From positions 682,001 through 746,000 of the forward strand of contig SMSO01000025.1 in the NCBI GenBank assembly GCA_004764695.1: DNA of 64,000 bases, written 5' to 3'. Positions within the stretch are counted from its first letter, which is position 1; each line of letters opens with the position of its first letter. The position numbers were made by a program, and so were the translations under genes. The notes beneath the pieces are model-generated. The model did not search any database. It was given only the letters and a program-made list of their open reading frames with translations, and was not told the origin of the DNA. The stretch is from Schizochytrium sp. TIO01 (lineage: Eukaryota; Protista; Bigyra: Labyrinthulomycetes). This document shows positions 57,501 to 64,000 of this stretch, piece after piece.

Positions 57501-60500
57501 GATAACTAACCCGAGATCTTCATTACAATCACAGCTTCTTTCTGTATTTTTCTGGCTATCGGTCAACCCACCTGCCCGCTGTTCTATTTTTTAGTCTCAT
57601 TATTTAACCACGAGAAGCATTTCAAATAAAGTCTATTTTAAAAAAGTTTAAAAAAAGAAAAAGAGTTAGTCAACATCTTTCACAATTCAAAAAAACTTCG
57701 ACGATTTTGAAAAGATAGCATTGACACCTTGAACGGTGGCCATAACACGAACGAAGACCGCACAAGTTTGTATATCCGCTGCTTCTCGCCGGTTCTTTGG
57801 AGGGCAATGGAAAGCTCGAGCGAGAACTCGACCGACCGACCGATCAATCGATTGATCGACTGATTGATTGATTGCCTACCTTCTGCCACGGGCCGAAGTA
57901 ACGCACCGCAGCATGAAAAGTCTCACGCGGTAACCGCCTGGGTCCTCGTCTTGCTCCTGGTCTGAGTCTGCTCGACTTCTCATCGCCGCTCACAGACAAT
58001 TCGCAACGACGTGCAAACAGAGAGCGCTGCTCTCGGAGTTTTGCCGTTCACGCACTCGCGAGCCGCGCAGGCGATCGACGATGGAGTCGTCGCTGGCGGG
58101 ATAGGCTTGGAGATTCTCGTCTCGCAAGTCTTTTCAAAATGCTCGATTCAAATTGGACAAATGTCAAATGCCATTGTGTGCAATTGCGATCGAGCTTCGC
58201 AACTCGTCTGGCGTGCTTGCTTGTGCTCAGAAGATCTTCGTGGGGCCGAAGTAACGCGAGAAAGATCTTGAGGAGGAGGAGGAGGAGGAGCCGGTGCTAC
58301 TGGGTAGCTACTTTGCCTGGGAAGCTATAGCTCGCTCGGAAATGAACTTGAAGCACGCCAATCTCGCCATGGCCAGCTGCGTACGGAAATGTACAGTCTC
58401 CGTGCAATTAATTATGCAGAAGCCTTTGCGAAGGCATTCCAGTTTTCTTCTTCTTCGTGGCCTCCTGAGCCCGGCTGGCTGCTCGGTGAGATCTGATCGA
58501 TCGTCTCGTTGGCTTTGGCGACGATTTGGTGGACAAGGTGAACAAACTCCTCAAAGCTGGCCAAAGCAAACTTGCCCGTTACGCGATGGGCTTTGATTAC
58601 TCTTCACCTGCGAGTCTTCCCATCGCCTCGCTGAGCTTGCTTCAACGCGCTTCCAAGCTCGCCAAAACTTGTCGAACACCCTGAATTGGACTCGGGTCAG
58701 CGCGAGCTAGCTGCCAGTTCGAGAGCTCGATTCCAAGAGATCGATCGATCATCATCATCGCTGTCGTCAAGGAGAAGGGCGTTCTCGCTGGGGTGGGATG
58801 GTATCGACCTTCCTGGACGATCCGTGAGAACTCCCCAACATTTAAGTATGAGCGTGCGTAATGAATGTCTTGCCTGCTGCCTTCAACTTTGGTTGCCATC
58901 TGTCATGGTGCACTTCACTGGCACTCAAATTGCAAGTTGATTGGACTGTGCATACCTGGGTTGGTCTCTCAGAGATCTATCGAGTGAGAGAATGGATGGA
59001 ATGGTTTGTGCGCGGGTTCAGCTGGCCGTGGTCCTTTGGTCTGCTTGAGCTGAGAAAACCAGATAGATCTTCAAGTTGATGCGACGAGAAAAGCTGACCA
59101 TGGCTAGATCAATCTATCCAACACAATCAGTCAATCAATCAATCAACAGCTGGCACGGCGTGGCTGATGGACAAACGTAAGTTGATCGCGAACACTACCT
59201 AGTGGAAGAAATCAGCATTTAATCTGTTGTCGAAACCGTGTCCAGCAGCGGTGATCATCGAGATGATGGACAACTTCGCCACCAGAGTTGATCTTAACTT
59301 TACCATTCCTTAGGTATTACGATGTTTATTCATCTTCAAGCAAGGCAGGTATCCCATTCCAAATGAAATTATAACAACACATCAAGGAAAACAAAAAGCT
59401 CTTCTCATGATGACATGCTTTTGTTTGCTTTTTTCATTCGTGTTACTCAGTTACTATGCCTAGGTATGTACTTGGAAATTGGTCGAAGCTATTGTACCAG
59501 GCGCGCCATGGCAAGGGGCACTGAGTCGACTATGGACTGCCAGCAGGCGTTTCTAGGCCGCATCTACAATCTGGAAACAGCCGCGGCAAGATCGGCTGGG
59601 TCTGCAGATCATAAGCAGCTTTTGTTTCGACCTCTATTGCTCCTCGCTCCGCACATTATACGCAGAGCGATGCTTCTTGCTGCGATATTCCAATCTCTTG
59701 ATTTATTATTAAAAAGATTTAAATTAAAAATTACTAATTCTTAAAGAAAAGAAAAATAACAATAACAAGAAGAAGATAGCCTGCCTACAACTTCATCATT
59801 CTCAGATCGCCCAGCAGCAGCAGCAGACAAGCAGACCTTCTTTGCGAATGCTGTTTTGGCCCCCACTTCGCTGCAGCATTACAGAAAGCCGCAACCCTCA
59901 AGTTCCCCGCGCAATTGAAATGAAAGGGTCCGCTTGCTTTTATTTCTATACATTAGAAATAACTTATAAAATTAATCAATAAATGAAGGACTTTCCCATT
60001 TCTTTCCGATTTTCTTTTTTCATTTAATTCAAAAAGAAAGAAAGAAAATAACAATAGTTCTGATGCAGAGGAACAACACTAAAAGAAGACAGAGATGAAG
60101 AAAGTGTTGAATGGGGAAAGGGGAAAAGTTGATTTTCAACAGATGTACGATAATACGATGAAATTGATTAAGTGATCAATCTATACCTCCCACTTCTACA
60201 CATTTAGGTACCTGCGAATGTTGTTATCGCCGCACATTGAGGGCGCGAAGCGAGTTGGCCAATCGGTGTGATGTTGGCAGAAGCAGTGCCTTAGCTAGCT
60301 CGTATGTAGAGTAGGAGCGGCAATGAAGTGGGGTGTAGTAGAAGTAACTCCAGCCAGGCTGGTGCTTATCGATCAAGTTATCTGCATCTGATCGAGTTGT
60401 TTGATGGATTCTTGGCGAATGCATGAGCAATAATGAACAAATAACTCAATACAGAGAGGAGGAGATCGAGACAGGAATTAATTGATTGCACACACAGCAA

Positions 60501-63500
60501 AGTGAGTAAGTAAATCAATGAAGCAGCAGCCAAAAAGTTCCGCCACCTATGCGGAGCGAATCTCCGTTTTGGCTTGTACGGGACAAAAAAATGTCACAAG
60601 AACAACAAGAACAACTCGACGAGAGTCATTCAATTCATGTTTTATACCCATGAAGAGGGATAAATTGCCTCGAAGATCACTTGAGTCAACTGACCGTCTG
60701 GCCGCCTGAAAACATAAAACAAATATAATCGATTAATTCCGTCGACGATGCCGTTTCTTTTCGCACCTTTACTTGAACTCGCCTTGCTCCGCTTGGTTCT
60801 AGATACCTATAGCTATAGTACAAGTCCCCCGCCATCGGGTTTTAGGCAATTGTCGTCAATTGTAAACATCTGCTCGAATGTTTGTGCGCTCGTCTACAAG
60901 TTGTACGACCCTGACCTTTAGCCTCTCTTAAATTTCATCGCCTCGGTCGGCCCGAGTTGTGCCGTCACCTCGGTCGGCGCGAGCTCTTGCTCTCGACTCT
61001 GTCGTCGAAGCTCTTCAAGTTGAATCGCACAGCTACCCAGGTATCTCCTGCTGATAAATCTTGAGGTGATCCTAAATTTAGCGATTTCCTGGGCAAAACA
61101 GAACGTGTGTGTACCACCAGAAAAGAAAGCAAAAATGACGCCTCTACCATCATATATAAATCATTCCCGTTACAAGTTGGTAGCGCTGTTCCGTTCTCTT
61201 ATTTCCCACCGCGCCATGGTAGCCCCTACCTACCGAATTGCAAACTAAAGCTTTCGGGTGCTCGAAGCTGCTTTGGTTGGCACGGTTTCCTTCTACTTTC
61301 CATGGGTGGCATGATTTATCAATTACCTGCAAGCAAGCCTTCGTTCCAACTTGAGCTCCTCCTCCAGAGCCCAGAGGCCTGATATGTGAGCACAACACAA
61401 TCAACATACACGCGTATTCGAAGTCAAGTCTTGAAAAAAGTACACAAGGTACTCCTTTGATTTGAAAGAGGCAGACAAAGAAACCACCACTTTCTCATAA
61501 TTAGTCAGTAGGTAAGTGCTACCTCCTAATCTTATTTATTCAGTTTTAAATTTAAAAAAAAAATTATGATGTAATGAAGAAAAGTGTGAACGAACGGGAG
61601 TGTCATCTTGATCTCGCTACTGCTTTCTCCGACTCTCACTTTGTTTGTCATTTCTCGCTCCTGGAGTATTCACTCAAGAGCTCAATCACGAAATCACTCA
61701 CTCAAGAGCTGGCGCGTTCCCTTGAGCACACCCTGTGAAAGCTGCCTTGACTGCCATGCTTTGTGTAGCTTCACCCAGGTTTGGTTGACTCGCTCCGATG
61801 GTCGTTGATGCTGAGGCTTGCTGGCTGAGTTGTGCGCTCATAGTACAGCCATCGGTCCCCAGTGACGGAGAATTCCCCTTGTGCACGTGCTGCTTGAGGA
61901 GGGACAAAGAGCCTCAGTAGCGAGTAGCAAGTGGATAGTCCCTTCTAGCGCTTTCCCTCGAGGGATGTCAAAGACGTTGGTGGGTGTTTTGCCGTGAGGC
62001 GGAGAAACCTCCCCTCGAAAGCAAAACTTTTATTTCCGATAGTAGTCGTACGTAGGTAGACCAGTAGGTAGATATTTCCAAACTTATCATTTATCATCTC
62101 TATTACTTTTTAATTCATTGCAAGACTGCCTAGATAGATGGTAGCTAATAGTAATAAGTATTGAGGTCAAAATTTGTTTTCCTTGAGCCTACGCCTATTG
62201 TTTCCGGTATCCGCCTTCTACCTCCGCCTTTGATTTACAGATGGGGAAAGGAGAGTCTAAAAGAGACAAAGAGAGATTTTCCCGTCCGAAGAAAGAACTT
62301 GTGCCAACGTTTCTTCAAAAGAAGAGACAGAATCCATCATAGTCAGGCACGTTTTCAACCTATTCACCTCGCTTGAAACAAGCAAACACTGAAGCAAGCG
62401 AGTAGATAGATGATGGGATATCCAGATAAATAACTAAAGAGGCAGCTAAACAAATGCTGAAAAAACGAAGTAACTAAAGAAATAAAAATAAAATAAAAAT
62501 ACTAGATAAAGTAGCCAAAGCAGCGAGGGCGCAAGCAAGCCAAACTGAAAGCCCAGAAGCTGAAAAGCATAAAAGCAAGCGAGCCAACGGGAGACGGTAA
62601 TGGCACAACTTGGAGTCCAAAGGCCCCGGTGGAGCTCGAGTTCGCTGATCACTACGGGCGGTCATCCAGTTTCACGCTGATTTCGACCGCCGCCAAAGGT
62701 CCCCTCGCCACAGCTGCAGGCGGCCAGAACACAGAAAGAAGGAAAAGAAGAGAGAGAGACCAGGACGGGGTTCCTATAGAAACGCATAGGTACTGTTAGC
62801 CAGATGTATCATCTGCTCTACTGCTGGTTCTTTTTAAAAAGAAGCCATTTATTAGTATTATCATTAAAAGTTGTTTTATATATTTATTTTATATTTATTT
62901 TGAAGGGAAAGAAAAATAAGAAAAGGTTAAATAAGTTAATCCTCTATATTATAGCTTATTTTAAAAAATAACAAACAGAGGAAATGAGAATTATTTTGAG
63001 CTGAAGAGGAGCAGGCGAATATCAGGGCTGTGTTATTATGGAATGAGCCTGTGGCCTTTCTTGCGAGGGATAGTTTTGCTGAGAGTTGAAGAAGACTAGG
63101 CGCCTACATTTCTGGCGTGTTTGAGGATGAGGATGTGGACGATGAGACCCCGTTTTTCTATTCACGATTACGAGTTTACGCGCGAGAATTCTGTGTTCTA
63201 CTTTTTTTTTTCTTTTTTTTTTTATAAAATCAGAACGGACTAGAAACGAGAAAAGAGCGCCAAGAGGCCGTTGAAAGGAAAACACGACTCATTGCAAGAT
63301 TGACGAATTGCTTGGTTCATTCATTCATTCATTCGCATATTATAATTAAAACACGGCTCGAGGTTTGTATATTCTTCGCACTGACAGGCCGGCATCTCGG
63401 GAGCCGTTCTCCAGAGGTATAATCAGGGAATCAAGCCATTAGTTCTGCTGCAAATGCAAGCGAGGGATGGTACGAAGAAGGAGGGGGAAAAAAGAACACC

Positions 63501-63689
63501 CGTCTTCAGTTCCATTCTCTTGTTCTCCATAGCAACAAGAACAATAAGGACGAAGGTTGAAATTACACTGTATTACTTTGATATATTTTACTTTAGTCAC
63601 GGATTTTGCTTTACTTTGGTTTATTTTGATTAGTTTACTCTAGTTTATTTTACTTTACCTAGTTTTCTTCAGTTTTCTTCACTTTCTTT

Positions 63690-63781
63690 TGGTTTTTTTT
63701 TTGGTTTGGTTTAGTTTAGTTTATTTTGGTTTAGTTTACTTTAGTTTGGTTTAGTTTGGTTTAGTTTGGTTTAGTTTACTT
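63690..63781. repeat. Degenerate pentamer array (TTTAG/TTTGG/TTTAC)
   Basis: Alternating TTTGG-TTTAG units. Confidence 0.8.
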
Positions 63782-64000
63782 TCCTCACTCTATGAGGCTA
63801 AGTAAAAAGAAAGATTGATCTGTTCTGCTGTCTAAAAGCAAAGAAAGATGTAAAGTTCGCGCTCCCGAGGCATGCAATTTAAGGCTCAGAAGGCGAGCAA
63901 TCGAGGATAATCCAATCGATGCATGCAAAGAAAATCTGTCGCAAGGAATCGATGGGGCGGCAGAGCGGGTCCCGTCCTCCTCAGACGTTTACTCCTCTCA

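Noticed and set aside
63690-63781. Possible telomeric repeat
   Set aside because: Units are TTTAG/TTTGG pentamers lacking the GGG run and are followed by unique sequence.

Overview
Eukaryotic nuclear DNA, intron-poor, with GC-richer coding blocks separated by microsatellite-rich spacers. Style suggests a thraustochytrid/labyrinthulomycete stramenopile (inference only). Ten protein-coding genes are supported: sterol C24-methyltransferase (6127-7134,+); RP2/TBCC-domain + EF-hand + coiled-coil protein (7786-11646,-); orphan coiled-coil protein (12122-13558,+); 3174-aa BEACH-WD40 protein (15422-24946,+); 2-exon HMG-box protein (25952-~27970,-); SUA5 (31779-33080,+); 2-exon M1 aminopeptidase (33978-37066,-); ABHD1/3-YheT-type hydrolase (40831-42090,-); 2-exon Ulp2/SENP6-7-like SUMO protease (~45195-49449,+); and a 3-exon 137-aa gene missed by the ORF track (50397-51082,-). 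I recognise no genes in 1-6100 or 51100-64000, and no RNA genes, CRISPR arrays or intact mobile elements. Main oddities: three genes have coding-like 5' sequence that is out of frame or stop-interrupted and can be repaired by deleting single duplicated bases (most likely consensus error, but recoding/editing should be excluded); a discoidin/F5-8C-like module inserted in the BEACH protein; a myristoylation micro-exon on the aminopeptidase; non-canonical SMT motifs; and a ~515-codon His-to-Asp spacing in the SUMO protease. All family calls come from motif recognition by eye, not database searches.
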